Positions 1-11,613 of a stretch of DNA of 64,000 nt are shown here, piece after piece. The notes beneath the pieces were generated by a model, which had not been told where the DNA came from, made no database searches, and was given only the letters and a program-made list of their open reading frames with translations. Source of the stretch: an uncultured Nitrososphaeraceae archaeon (GTDB taxonomy: Archaea > Thermoproteota > Nitrososphaeria > Nitrososphaerales > Nitrososphaeraceae); NCBI GenBank assembly GCA_963825865.1, contig CAWGVG010000060.1, positions 1-64,000 on the forward strand, in the 5' to 3' direction. The first letter of the stretch is position 1; the number at the start of each line of letters is the position of its first letter. A program made the position numbers and the translations under genes.

Positions 1-310
1 GGTTGCCACTCTTGTGGGTCATTTAAAACAGCAGACGCATCAGCTTGCAACTTTAATTTAAGTACTTTGAGCGTATCACTTTTTCAACAAATGGTATGAT
101 AAAGTGCACACCTTATCCTAAAATTCTATGCTCGATTGCTCCAACGTAAAGGACAATCCTCCTCTATGTCCTGCTTGTATGATAACTACAGATTTAGACA
201 TTACTACAATAATAACAACAATTGTCAGGATTGCTGCTAGGATTTTTAGTTTTTTAAATCGCAGAAGAGACCTCGATGAACTGGATGATCCTCGATATTT
301 ATATGGATAT
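1..310 (-). pseudogene. Prohibitin/SPFH (band 7) family gene remnant, running off the window start
   Basis: Manual minus-strand translation gives KLKILAAILTIVVIIVVMSKSVVIIQAGHRG / VLYVGAIEHRILG*GVHFIIPFVEKV / LQADASAVLND, the typical SPFH N-terminus, with an in-frame stop and frameshifts. Not in the ORF track. Confidence 0.75.
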
Positions 311-374
311 GCAATAGGGGCTTTGTTGAAATATCAGTCGAGGATAAGCAATGACGATAGTATTTCTGGTTTTC

Positions 375-1004
375 TATCTTCCAATTGCCTTGGATTTTCT
401 TCTGCTATTATATACAAACCATATTAAAAAAACTGCAATTGCTATTACTGCTGCCTAAATCTAAATATATAGAGTACTTGTCAATATTTTTCCAGTTACT
501 TCCAAGTTTCATACCCACATATGTTAGCATGGAATTCCAGATTATAGATCCAAGAAAAGTATAGATCACAAACTTTGTAAATTTGGTTTTTCCTATTCCT
601 GCTGGTAGTGAAACATATGTTCTAATTCCTGGCAATAACCTGCCAACAAAGGAAACTTTATCTCCGTATCTTTTAAACAAATTCTCTGTAAGCTCGAGGT
701 GCTCTTTTTTAAAAAATACGTATCTACCATATTTTATTAAAAAAGCTCTTCCTACATTTATTCCAAGGTAATAGGTTAAGATGGAACCAACAAGATTTCC
801 AAAAGTACCAGATAGGACAACACCTACGGAACTCAGCTTTCCAGTTGAAGCAAGAAAACCTGAAAATGGCATTATGATTTCACTTGGTATAGGAATCAAA
901 GCACTTTCTAGTATCATAAGAAAAAATATTCCGGGATAGCTCATGGTAGATATAATTGAGGTAATAGATTCTACTATGGGTCTAAGTATTTCTATTATTG
1001 CCAT
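375..1004 (-). CDS. dedA: DedA family membrane protein
   Basis: Motifs LESALIPIPSEIIMPFSG and GRLLPGIRTYVSLPAG. The C-terminus has a probable 1-nt frameshift near 455; the corrected tail reads AAVIAIAVFLIWFVYNSRRKSKAIGR*. Confidence 0.9.
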
Positions 1005-1772
1005 TTGATAACTTAGTCAGCACAGCAAGTTACAAGATAAGGTATATTTAACTAAATCTATTATTCTATGACCTATCATTTTAGGCCAATTTAGTTTACA
1101 AATTTAATTTATGATACAAAGCTGTTGATATGAGATGATATACAAACAGGCTCCTTTCATTAAAATAAAATTTCTATCATTTGCTTGTTGTAGTACCAGC
1201 GCTCCTTTGCTGCGAAAACTATGAGCGTACTTATAGATTTTGCAACAAAGATATTATGAGCAATGATGAGGAAGTAAAAAGTGGAGAGTTGGTGTTATCA
1301 GCGGTTCTACTGTATACTAAATGAAAAAAGCAGGATAATATCTTTCTGAGTTTTCTCCCATCTACTGCTCTGCTATATATTTGATATAGCAAATCCTTGT
1401 TCGTATTAATTCCCTGTTACATCATCACTTGCCGATCCTGCAATGTTTAGGAAATCAAACTTGTAGCAAGCTTGTTAAATCTTTATAATGGAAAAAAGCA
1501 ACTTTGATACCTCAATAAAGTTAGTCTACATCAGATTAGAATTTAAGATTCTTTCTTGTTCTCCAATAACTTGATTGAACTTCACAAATAGTTGTTTAGG
1601 GAGGTATTTGCCTCAATGTTGGTTTTTTTAAAATATAGAATAATCGACAATAGCGTCCTAACGAACCTCAATTATAGAAAACTTACTTACATGCGATACT
1701 TATCAGATTTTTTGTTTTAGATGCTACTTAGAAACGTCTGTGTATTATCTTTGTGTCTTTAATTTGCTAATG

Positions 1773-2015
1773 CTAGGCTTGAGCATGTTTAACTATTACC
1801 AAAGTTAGTGTGGATTTAATTCCTTTGATTTTTCGAATATTTGATATTGTGATCTCTTGTAGTTCTTCCTCTGAATTTGCATTGATTTTCGCAATTATAT
1901 CATAGGTATCTTGTACTCTATAGATATCAACAAACTCAGATAATTTCTTGAGTTCATTTATAACATTATCTTGGAGACCTATGATACAGTTAATCAATAA
2001 GAATGCAGAAGTCAT
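1773..2015 (-). CDS. Lrp/AsnC ligand-binding (RAM) domain protein
   Basis: AFLLINC...YDIIAKI...IRKIKGIKSTLTL is the pattern of stand-alone AsnC domains common in Nitrososphaerota. Confidence 0.85.
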   Translation of the reverse strand: MTSAFLLINCIIGLQDNVINELKKLSEFVDIYRVQDTYDIIAKINANSEEELQEITISNIRKIKGIKSTLTLVIVKHAQA

Positions 2016-2383
2016 TGATAAGGTAATTAATAGTCATATCGGGATTTTTGTGTTTGTCTTTCTTCTTCAGGTCAGCTGATACTGGTATATCATTAATTTT
2101 AAAATACTTAAGATAGACGGAGAGTTGTTACTCATACAGAGTTAGATCTCCCTTTGTATAAGCGGCGCTTTCTTTTTTAAGAAGGGATTCTTTTGCTTCA
2201 GATTGTTTCCAAATAGAATTCTCATTTCTAAAACTCTGCTTAATCTTGTGTTATAGTTAATCATTGTATCAGGACTGATTCTCTAGTGTATGTTCAAAAC
2301 ATAAAAGACAAATGAGATGGTATAGAGAAAATGGAGGGATAGAAACGGAAGTTTTTCTAGAGGTTAATTGTATAGAGTTAATA

Positions 2384-3406
2384 CTAACCATACATTATTC
2401 TCTCTTTTGCACCAGTTTGACCTTGTCCTTGTTGTTGTAGTTGCTGCCAGCTGTTGTTGTTCGCGCACTGATCGGAGTATCTCTTCCATTCTGCGTTTTA
2501 TATTTGCGCCTTTCTCTCTGAGATGTCGAGTGTCTATTGTTTTCAACATTTCGTTATCTGCATTTTTACTAATTGACTCTATTATAATCGCGGCCCCTTC
2601 GGGATCTGGTATCCCGGTAGTTGTAGGTAAGAGTAACGCTTTACAAGCGATTCCATTCGATAAACAAGAGGATAAAAGACCTCCAGTGATTCCTCCTATA
2701 AAAGCAGTATTAGGGTAGGAATCATGAGCATCATTGTCGTCTTCTGTTTTTGCTCCTCCAGTCATATCACCTGGTTCTTCTTTATTGTCTCTTATCCTGT
2801 TAATTTCATTGTCATTTCGAATAAGATCAGCAGAATCTGCTCCCTCGCCATTGCTTGCTAATATCATTGGTATTCTTTTTGAATCAGGAACAGGACCTTC
2901 TACAGGAATACCCTCTAATCCTATGACTTCCTTGACCTTATTATTTATTGCCCACTTAATGACTGTCTCTAAAACAGAATACATTCCTTCGATCATTATG
3001 GGAGCTTCGCATACTATCACGCAAACATTTCCTTCTTTGTTTGCATACAAGCGAAATGGATGCCTTAGCTTTCCTCCGACATAGATTACACCTGGTACTA
3101 TAAACTCGGACTCCACACATGCAATTTGACTCATGTGCAGCTTATTGATGATGTAACTAGTCACTTATTGAATCCTATCAAACCTGGACCGGGAAATCCT
3201 GCAATGAGAATTGGCGAGTTTAGTTTTACCTTCCTTTCTATAATGGCAGTACCGGTCGTGGCTGTCAAGGGTTTGAATGTAGTTCTACCGTCAGTAATGT
3301 TATTACTATCTGCCGTAGTAGTGCCCAATACGGTCCTTGTTCTTTGTCCGCCTTTCGTCTGATGTGAATAACTCAAGGATTTTATGTTCTTGTTGTTTGA
3401 CAACAT
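2384..3406 (-). CDS. PAC2 family proteasome assembly chaperone (PbaA/PbaB-like), frameshifted
   Basis: ILIAGFPGPGLIG (ORF 3161-3406) continues into the PFRLY...GGLL...PDPEGAA ORF (2364-3164). The corrected C-terminus ends ...KERIMYG* at 2384. Confidence 0.85.
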
Positions 3407-3778
3407 TGGAATTTACGGTCACAATATACATAAAGGTTGTAATATTCAGATTCTAATTGATACCATTTGCTCCGCTTCGTACAGGATTCAGGATTCATAC
3501 AACCTTCACGTATACCTGGAGCGTGAGAATAGTTATCGGATTTATATTCAACTCGCTGCTCTTATCTTGTTTGGATGTTTCTTTCAGCGATCCACTTCCA
3601 GAAGATCTTAAGCACATAATAATTTTGGTATTAGAAACCGAATTAAGTGCAATTAAGAAAAACAATAGGTTGGCAAGGAATACTACATGAAGGATTTGAT
3701 GATTGTCCTGCGGATGTAGTGATGGCGAAGCTGCGTAAAGGATACTACTTATATGACCATCATAGATGACATCATATT

Positions 3779-3958
3779 ATGAAAACAATAACATGTCGTG
3801 AGGCAGGATTTGAATGTGACCATGTTGTAAAAGGTGAAACCGAAGAAGAAGTTATGACAAATGGTGCAGAACACGCCATGAAAAAGCATGGTATGAAAGC
3901 AGAGGATATAACCCCAGAATTCAAAGAAAAAGTAAGAGCACTTATTCGTAATTCTTAA
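3779..3958 (+). CDS. DUF1059 small metal-binding protein (59 aa)
   Basis: Manual translation MKTITCREAGFECDHVVKGETEEEVMTNGAEHAMKKHGM...; below the ORF-track cutoff; followed by a T-tract. Confidence 0.9.
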   Translation: MKTITCREAGFECDHVVKGETEEEVMTNGAEHAMKKHGMKAEDITPEFKEKVRALIRNS

Positions 3959-4602
3959 CCATTTTTTATATTTCTAAAATGCGAGTAAAACCTGCATTGA
4001 TATATTTAGCTGAACAAATACAGAATACATCTTCATTAATTAAAGCTTATAAACCGTGCACCCTTTTTTTGCGGAAGACATTATGAGATGCTATTAAGGC
4101 CATGTCGCTATAATCGCACCAATGAAAATCCTTACAGGGGAATTCAACTTGTATTCTACTTCGCATATGATAAGATAAATATACAGTATCTTTTTCATGT
4201 CTTAGACCTACTTGGTAGATAATTCATTTAACTCCGCATTCTGCAGCAGCCTTAGCAAAATAGCAGCTATTGCATCTTTTTCAGCAAAATTCTACTAATC
4301 CTTAGATGAGCCTTCCATTGAATGTATTAAATAAAATGCTATATCAATGCCAGTCACGGCTTTTAACAACTCAAGATAATTACTTACATTTGACTCGATG
4401 ATTTTAACTTCGTTAAAGCGACCTGCAAGAGATTTTACATTTCTTGTTACGCATACGATTTGATGCCTCCTTGAATGGAAACGACAAGACTTCCAATAAA
4501 ACCACTGGCACCTGTCACCAGAATTTTCAAGCTGTTTTCCTTAGGAAAGTTCTTTATCAATTTGCCATTTTATATGTTTTGATTTTGCATATTTTAAGCT
4601 CT

Positions 4603-4893
4603 TTATCGGTTCACAATTTCTTTGATAGTCATAACAATAGGAAGATCCTTTGCTAATTTTAGGAGAAGGTTATCATTGGTGACATAAATCTCAATTAAGT
4701 CTCCTTTACCCTTTTCAACATTACTTTTAATAGTAAATCTATTTTTCGTTTCTGTGTTAAAGTAAATTAACGCACTTCCAACATAAATCTCGAAATCATT
4801 GGGTACGAGTATGCTTGTATGGCCACTTTGAATGTTAATCTTATATAATTTACCGCTTGACATAGCAGTTCCATAGATATAACTTTCTGCCAA
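4603..4893 (-). CDS. Hypothetical protein (may join 4850-5032 via a frameshift)
   Basis: ORF track only; no motif recognised. Confidence 0.35.
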   Translation of the reverse strand: MAESYIYGTAMSSGKLYKINIQSGHTSILVPNDFEIYVGSALIYFNTETKNRFTIKSNVEKGKGDLIEIYVTNDNLLLKLAKDLPIVMTIKEIVNR

Positions 4894-5182
4894 ATACAGC
4901 TGTAAATATTATTAGATGCCTAATTTTGATTTCATACGAAAAAATGTACATAGAGTTAAATATAAAGGAGATGCTAACTAAGAATTCTAGTGCTAACCAA
5001 AGGAAGACCATTATAGAGATAAAACACAACATTCAGCATAATTTGCTATTATATCTTATCTATCATGGATTATTTTCTATGGCGTCCAATCAATATCTTA
5101 CATCTTCTGGCGGTTAATACCAACTTTACTATATAGTGTATTTATAATGTACGTATGCGTGCGCCATACTTTACTATACACA

Positions 5183-5515
5183 TCACGACCCCACTCTTTT
5201 CATCTTTGAACCACATTTTGGACATGCTTCCTGCTTGTGCTGTGTTCCACAACTTATACAGTAATATTTTAATGAACTGTCTCCTACCATTGAAGATGGC
5301 GACATTGAACCAAACATTCCTATTCCTCCTCCACCCATACCAATCCTTCTCATCATTCTCTTTCTCATATAGAAGTTTAGCAAAATGAAAACTCCAATTA
5401 TCGCAACTAGTGAGATCGGAAATGGTACTAACATAGAAATTGTAAGACTGATGCCAATAGATACTCCCATCCAAATTATTTGGCTGACGAGAAATTGTCT
5501 GTTATTAGCACTCAT
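5183..5515 (-). CDS. Two-TM membrane protein with C-terminal CxxC..CxxC zinc ribbon (paralog 1)
   Basis: Hydrophobic hairpin, Gly/Met linker, YYCISCG...ACPKCGSKMK; close paralog at 33822-34160. Confidence 0.85.
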   Translation of the reverse strand: MSANNRQFLVSQIIWMGVSIGISLTISMLVPFPISLVAIIGVFILLNFYMRKRMMRRIGMGGGGIGMFGSMSPSSMVGDSSLKYYCISCGTQHKQEACPKCGSKMKRVGS

Positions 5516-5989
5516 CTTTTTTATTCAGTTAATATTTATACATTTTACCTAATTAAGATTAGCAGTAATAGTTTACTGATTTAGTAGTTACTACCTTACT
5601 GCTGCCTTTTCTTGTATACTTATTATTAAATGCGGCCATAAACTGCTTGACTAGGATTGCATAGTTTTTAAGGACGATTTAATACTACATGATGTTCATA
5701 ATCGGTCAGTTTCAAAGTCGCGTTAATCAATAATTTATATGACTACCTATTTAAAATGCATTAAATTTAAATCATAAGTTACTCCGCCATTGCAGATTTG
5801 ATGCTACTCATTACTTTACATCATTTAACTTGTTGCACGGTGATCTTTTCTAGAGATAAGCTTATTGTTATTATCGGCCTGGCCTATTTTGGAGAAATTT
5901 CTTTATGGAAAAGTGGTTTATCTCAGAGACAACAACTTTTTTTCTATATCTATTCTGGTGGATGCAAGGTATCATGATCTATCTTCATT

Positions 5990-6775
5990 TTAGTACCCTC
6001 TCTTACGTGTCACAAAGGAGTATCCAAATGCAAAGGAAATTATTACCACTGCTAAAATTGGACCTGTTAATGGTGGCAGTATATTTGAATTACTTATAAC
6101 CGAATACGATTGTAGTGCTGCGATTATTAGTGCAGCTCCGCTTAACGCATATGCCATATAACTAAATGCTTTAGTGTTAAATATCTTAGAAAATGCTGAA
6201 CGGAGAACTACACTATCTAGCGTGTCAATTGGGATCATGCCCATAGCGAAAAATCCAGCGAGTATTAGCGCTACCTGCACACCAAGTGTTGCGGAAGCAA
6301 CTGCTGATAAGGTAAGAGCAGAAATCTGCGTGGCTGTATCAAATCCTAAACCAAATACTAAACCAGTAATTAGAGCAGAACCAAAAGGGCCTGCAAGGCC
6401 CGTACTGCCTGCTATTTTGCCAGCAAGAATAGCTGAACCTGTTCTACCCCATTTTTTTAATGAATAAATATTGATACCCCCAATCGTTGCTAAAGCAATA
6501 GCTCCTATTACGCCACCCCAAAATGAAAGCTCGCCTACTTTGTTATTTGTTGCGTTTCCTATTACGTATATTATTAAAAGCATTTCAGCTAATACTGATA
6601 TCATATGACCAATACTGAAACCAGTGCCTACCCATCGAGCCTTTTTTTTTGCATTGTGGAGTCTTACAAGGTTATCAATTGCAGTAATATGGTCAACATC
6701 GAGTGCATGACGCATTCCAAACATTAGCATAGAAGGAATTGATATGGCAAGAAATGTCTTTATGTCTGCTACCAT
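5990..6775 (-). CDS. High-affinity nickel/cobalt permease (NiCoT, HoxN/HupN/NixA family)
   Basis: Signature RHALDVDHITAID, plus FSIGH and FGLGFDTAT motifs. Confidence 0.92.
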   Translation of the reverse strand: MVADIKTFLAISIPSMLMFGMRHALDVDHITAIDNLVRLHNAKKKARWVGTGFSIGHMISVLAEMLLIIYVIGNATNNKVGELSFWGGVIGAIALATIGGINIYSLKKWGRTGSAILAGKIAGSTGLAGPFGSALITGLVFGLGFDTATQISALTLSAVASATLGVQVALILAGFFAMGMIPIDTLDSVVLRSAFSKIFNTKAFSYMAYALSGAALIIAALQSYSVISNSNILPPLTGPILAVVIISFAFGYSFVTRKRGY

Positions 6776-6812
6776 TTTAAGTCATTACTCCCAATATTAT
6801 ATGACACCATAA

Positions 6813-6840
6813 GTATTACCGATTTATTAAAAGGTAATAA
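6813..6840. promoter_or_regulatory. Candidate NikR operator overlapping the NiCoT TATA box
   Basis: GTATTA-N16-TAATAA, containing the perfect inverted repeat TATTACC-N12-GGTAATA, 38-65 bp upstream of the NiCoT start. The spacer reads TTTTAATAAATC on the minus strand. Confidence 0.7.
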
Positions 6841-7214
6841 TAAAGATTTAAGCCATCGCTACGAAGTCGACATCGGCACAACAAGTTCATTTAGTCGTCA
6901 ATATGAATTATTTATGAAAAGTAAGAGCGAGTTCTCTAAATATAAAAAAACCCTTAATCTAATATTTGTAGATTTCTAAAAGCTTATCTCAATGCGTGAA
7001 CAATGTGAGGATTACACTCACTTTCCAGATCCAATAAGTTGTTAGTGGTCGGCGTTTAGAAGTATCACATATAGCCCACTTGATTTAGCGATCATAACTC
7101 TTTATTTTATAAAGATTCGTCTAATCAATCCTATCAATATTAAAAGAACCTGCTCTTTATTGAGTATATTAAAAAAGTAAATCAAAATAGATGTAAAATA
7201 GCCAACTGGTTTCA

Positions 7215-7706
7215 TCAGATAGAACTTACGAAATGTACTTTTAAACTCTTTATGCCACGATTTTTTGATAGATCTTTTACTAGATCTTTTATTATTTTTG
7301 CTTTTCCTCTGACCATGATAGTTTCCAAACAGTTATTACCATTCAGATGCATGTGTATAGTGGAACTTATTACATCATTGTATTTATGCTGCATTTGAGT
7401 AGATTTTGTATTTTGATTGAAAATATGATTGTTATATAGCATTATTATTGCACCAGCCCCTGAACGGTCATCTTCTGTCTTCCAATCATTTTCGTCTATA
7501 AATGAATATAATGCTCTTTGAATAGCTTTAGACCTATCTGGAAAACCAACTTTTACCATACTCCTGTTAAATTCAGATAATAGCTCTGAGGGCAGCGACA
7601 TGCTTATCCTCTTCGGACCAGATTTTTTCCTATTTTTTTGCCCTTTATTATTACTTTGCAACTTGGATATTCTAGATTCAACCTTGCCATTTTTATCTTT
7701 TGACAA
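7215..7706 (-). CDS. nikR: Nickel-responsive transcriptional regulator NikR
   Basis: Ribbon-helix-helix RISMSLP...DRSKAI and ACT-like C-domain with HMHL...NCLETI Ni ligands; adjacent to NiCoT. Confidence 0.9.
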   Translation of the reverse strand: MSKDKNGKVESRISKLQSNNKGQKNRKKSGPKRISMSLPSELLSEFNRSMVKVGFPDRSKAIQRALYSFIDENDWKTEDDRSGAGAIIMLYNNHIFNQNTKSTQMQHKYNDVISSTIHMHLNGNNCLETIMVRGKAKIIKDLVKDLSKNRGIKSLKVHFVSSI

Positions 7707-8075
7707 GATTCCATTGGCTTAATTGGTTCATGAACAGCCAGCTCTTACTATGCCAACTGAAAATAACGCTACTATGTGGGATAGTGGAACGGTCTCCGGG
7801 TCGGCATTTATTTCGGCAGTGTGGGCTTTCTGCTTGCAGATCTTAACACCACGTCATTGGTCTTGGCTGGCTTTAGAACTTCTGAATAAAAGACGGAGTC
7901 TGGTTGACTAGAATATGAACTTTTATATAAAACTCAATTGTTGGATATTATATTTTATGTATATCGCCTTATTGTTTATTATTTACCAATTTCTTTTCAT
8001 TTTAAAATCTCTTCTGTACTCCTTGTTATTGCTAAACCCCTTGGCTAAGCAGTATAGATTTGAATATCAAAAGTC

Positions 8076-8447
8076 ATGACCACCTTTCTCCAGCTTGATG
8101 ATTTAACTCGGGCTAAAATTGTTTACATGATTTTCAATAAGAAAACAGAAGAAGCGCTGCAAAAACTAAGCGAATTTTATCATATCAGTCCTCCTGAAAT
8201 AGTTGTTGGTACAATAAAGGGAAAGAGAAGAACAGTATATGCAGTTTATGTTCGAAAAGAGAGAAGGATTTATGCTCTAGACTCAGAGATTTTTTATAAT
8301 CCTTTCATAGTATTGCATGAATTCTACCATCATTTAAGATCAAGAGGGAAGATGCATAGAGGTTCTGAAAAGTATGCTAACGTTTACGCTCAGAGATTTA
8401 TAGATTCATATAACAAAATAGTAAGTCATAATATGAAGGAAACATAA
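8076..8447 (+). CDS. Conserved hypothetical protein with HEXXH (zincin-like) motif
   Basis: VLHEFYHH followed by GSEKYA. Confidence 0.7.
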   Translation: MTTFLQLDDLTRAKIVYMIFNKKTEEALQKLSEFYHISPPEIVVGTIKGKRRTVYAVYVRKERRIYALDSEIFYNPFIVLHEFYHHLRSRGKMHRGSEKYANVYAQRFIDSYNKIVSHNMKET

Positions 8448-8549
8448 GATAATATATAGATATCTTTTTTATAATCGTCAATTACTAAGTTTAGAAAAAC
8501 AGGGAATCTAAAGTTCAAAAATGATAATACAATACATCTGCCACTAGTA

Positions 8550-8845
8550 TTGAGTCACAAGATCAAAGCGGTCAATGGAGTCAGTATCAATGTCGAAGAT
8601 ATTGGTACTACCGGAAAACCAATCGTTTTCATACATGGTCCGCCAATCAATCATAACATTTTTGAGTACCAATTTACAAAATTACCTAAGGGTTTGGATA
8701 CCATTCAAGTGCCATCAGTAATGCATCGTGGAGTTAATGATCATGTATGTTTATTATTCAATTTGGCGAAAGTTACGCACGACGGGATCAAAGGTTCATA
8801 GCTTATACAAGTTGAGAAAGCTGGTCATGGTATTGTGTATTCGTT
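8550..8845 (+). pseudogene. Alpha/beta hydrolase (non-heme haloperoxidase-like) remnant with large internal deletion
   Basis: N-terminal GKPIVFIHG...FEYQF is fused directly to C-terminal IQVPS..GVNDHV...GIKGS*LIQVEKAGHG; the nucleophile region is missing. Confidence 0.75.
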
Positions 8846-8974
8846 GTTATAATGAGTTAATTATGCCTCATTTTTTATCTGGATTGCTATCAACTTCTGA
8901 CTGCACTTTCGACCACCGCTATCCTCTTTGATCATTTAAAATCTCTGCAATTACAGGGAAAACATTATTAATGT

Positions 8975-9499
8975 TTGATACTGTCAAATGAAGAAAGGGA
9001 ATTGCAAATGGCAAATACTGGTATTATAACTACCAACTTTGGTGACATCAAATTAGAATTTTATCCAGAACATGCACCAAAGACAGTTGAGAACTTTAGA
9101 GAATTAACAAAAAGAGGATTCTATGACGGATTAATATTCCACAGGATTGTACCAAGTTTTGTAATACAGGGCGGAGATCCTAATACAAGAGATGTGAACA
9201 ATAGAAGTAGATGGGGGACTGGTGGACCAGGATGGAACATAAAAGCAGAATTTAATAAAAACAAACATGCTCGTGGAACATTATCTATGGCAAGATCACA
9301 GGATCCAAATAGTGCGGGTTCACAGTTCTTTATAGTTCTGAAAGACTCAAATTTCCTAGATGGCCAGTATGCTGTATTTGGAAGAGTAACGTATGGAATG
9401 GATGCAGTTGATAAAATAGCATCTTTAAAAACTGATTCTGCTGATTCACCTGTCGACACTGAGAAGGCCCAGATGATAAAAGTTACTGTCAGCGATTAG
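8975..9499 (+). CDS. Cyclophilin-type peptidyl-prolyl cis-trans isomerase
   Basis: FYDGLIFHRIVPSFVIQGGDP and LSMARSQDPNSAGSQFFI. Confidence 0.95.
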   Translation: MILSNEERELQMANTGIITTNFGDIKLEFYPEHAPKTVENFRELTKRGFYDGLIFHRIVPSFVIQGGDPNTRDVNNRSRWGTGGPGWNIKAEFNKNKHARGTLSMARSQDPNSAGSQFFIVLKDSNFLDGQYAVFGRVTYGMDAVDKIASLKTDSADSPVDTEKAQMIKVTVSD

Positions 9500-9707
9500 A
9501 CTCTATTCATTATCCTTCTTACGCATTAAAAAATTACTTGGACGTACGTAAATCTGTAGAGAGTGGAATGTATTTATCAAAACATTCTATCATTTATGCT
9601 GATACGGTAAGTTAGGTGATAGTTAGTATCTTCGCAGTTGCATGTCTATTTCTTCAATAATGATACAAGCAGTATTAGAGAAGATATAAAGTATAAGTAG
9701 ATCACGA

Positions 9708-10013
9708 TTAAATCCAAGACCAATATGGCATATTACGCAAATTGCACTGTTTCCTAATAATAGATCTTGCTTTTTCTGCGGCTTCGATTTCGTTGTAATT
9801 ACTCTTAAGAAATTGCAATATCAAATCTCCATACAACTGTTTAGCACGTTCTTCAGAAAATTCTTTATACTTTTTTTCTCGATTTTTTTGAATCTTATTT
9901 TTGTTATAAGTATCCAAATACAACTTATTTAGACCCTTTAATTCAGCATATTCCTCCTTACATTCCGCACACATATCATCAAAAAAATCTTTATGAATAG
10001 TACAAACTGTCAT
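9708..10013 (-). CDS. Hypothetical protein with N-terminal CxxH..CxxC motif
   Basis: MTVCTIHKDFFDDMCAECK. Confidence 0.7.
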   Translation of the reverse strand: MTVCTIHKDFFDDMCAECKEEYAELKGLNKLYLDTYNKNKIQKNREKKYKEFSEERAKQLYGDLILQFLKSNYNEIEAAEKARSIIRKQCNLRNMPYWSWI

Positions 10014-10255
10014 ATTCTATAAAGTCCCTACCCTTATTTTTCAATATCTAATGTTTTTATCGACCGTTAATTATTTTTTATATTAGTACAAATTTAATTT
10101 ATGCAAACAAAATTTACGGGTATTACTTTTATATGGCGTTCTCCATTAAGTTAGGACTCTTTTGCTTTTATTGATAGCGTTCTTTTTGACAGTATGTGGC
10201 TATATCTATCCATATCTATTTTAAATCCTAGCAAAAATAGCAATGGTATATTAAA

Positions 10256-10747
10256 ATGAAAATTGGCGTAATATCAGATACGCATGATTATATTGAAAAT
10301 ATCGAGAAATCTGTCCAGTTATTCAATGATAGAAAAGTGAGTTTTGTAATGCATGCTGGTGACTATGTTAACCCAGAAGCAGTAAGGGCTTTTAAGGGAG
10401 TAAAACTAATTGGCGTTTTAGGAAATAATGATGTTGATAAATCTGGTTTAGCAGATGCATTCAATGACATAGAGGGTGATCTTAGAGGTGAGCTCTGTGA
10501 ACTTGACAAAGAAGACCTAAAGTTTGCAATTTATCATGGAACTCAATCAGAATGGAAGAATTCGTTAATCCGATCGCAAAAATATGATGTTGTCGTTTAT
10601 GGGCATACACATAAGATACAAAATACAACAATTGGTAAAACGTTAGTTCTTAACCCAGGAACAGCAAAAGGTTGGTTCTTTGGGTATAATGCAACTATGG
10701 CAATATTTGACACTCAAACAAGAATAATCGAATTTATTAACATATAA
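10256..10747 (+). CDS. Metallophosphoesterase (YfcE/MJ0936 family)
   Basis: SDTHD, HAGD, GNND, HG, GHTH and NPG motifs. Confidence 0.95.
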   Translation: MKIGVISDTHDYIENIEKSVQLFNDRKVSFVMHAGDYVNPEAVRAFKGVKLIGVLGNNDVDKSGLADAFNDIEGDLRGELCELDKEDLKFAIYHGTQSEWKNSLIRSQKYDVVVYGHTHKIQNTTIGKTLVLNPGTAKGWFFGYNATMAIFDTQTRIIEFINI

Positions 10748-10979
10748 TTAAAAAAATTTTCCAACTGAACTAAAAAACAAGAAGAAGAGGAAAAAAAGCT
10801 ATAATATAGACTACTGTGATGTTTCCGAGATGCAAAAACACGTTTCCGGATTGTCTTAAAATCCATCAAGGTCGTGATATCTCCTAGATTATGTTGCTAT
10901 TACCTAAAACAGTCATTATATGGTATCTGATACCATTAAATACCATCATTTATATGGGACGTATAGTATCATTATTATC

Positions 10980-11534
10980 ATGTCATCAAAGAAAGAAGAA
11001 AGAAAGGACGAGACAACGGTAACATCAAGAACTATATCTCCTACAGAAGGGAATACAGACTACCGACAGTCAGTAAATAAGGCATTAAACGAGACTAAAG
11101 ATAATGTCAGAAGGGCAACTGATGAAGCAAGAAGTCAGGTTCCACGGTATACCCAAGCAGTTAATGATTATCAAGAACAAACTATCCAGGCCAGTAGAGA
11201 AATTGCAGATAATTATCTAGAATCACAAAAAGAGATTATCAATTCACTACAGTCAGCCTGGGTTCCATTTGCAGAGAATGCATATGGGGTGTTTTGGAAT
11301 TATTGGATATCCCCAAGAAGAGTGACAGAAGCTTATGCAAAAGTAGTTAGTGGTCTGGCAGATAATACAATTGCTGCAACCAGACTAGCAAATAACATGA
11401 TATTTGCAAATATGGAAACATTCAAGGCAACCGTGCAGCATGCAAGAGATAACACAAAGGAATTATCCAGAATAGGTGTTAATGCGGCAAAAACATTTGA
11501 GCAGACATCTAGAGAGACTACAAGAAATTTTTAG
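10980..11534 (+). CDS. All-helical amphipathic protein, phasin-like (paralog 1)
   Basis: Likely ATG at 10980; strong similarity to 46955-47515. The function is inferred only. Confidence 0.8.
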   Translation: MSSKKEERKDETTVTSRTISPTEGNTDYRQSVNKALNETKDNVRRATDEARSQVPRYTQAVNDYQEQTIQASREIADNYLESQKEIINSLQSAWVPFAENAYGVFWNYWISPRRVTEAYAKVVSGLADNTIAATRLANNMIFANMETFKATVQHARDNTKELSRIGVNAAKTFEQTSRETTRNF

Positions 11535-11565
11535 ACTAACCGAAGACAAAGAATAGAATAAAAAC

Positions 11566-11613
11566 TGCCAGAGGCGTCTTGCCTGTGGGTTTATTTTAAT
11601 TTTCTATTTTTTT
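11566..11613 (+). terminator. Hairpin plus T-rich tract after the phasin-like gene
   Basis: Imperfect stem ccagaggc..gcctgtgg followed by tttattttaattttctattttttt. Confidence 0.4.

Noticed and set aside
128-427. Plus-strand 99-aa ORF
   Set aside because: It is the antisense shadow of the SPFH remnant and the dedA 3' end.
7723-7911. GC-richer stretch upstream of nikR as a small ORF or ncRNA
   Set aside because: No recognisable protein motif or RNA family signature.
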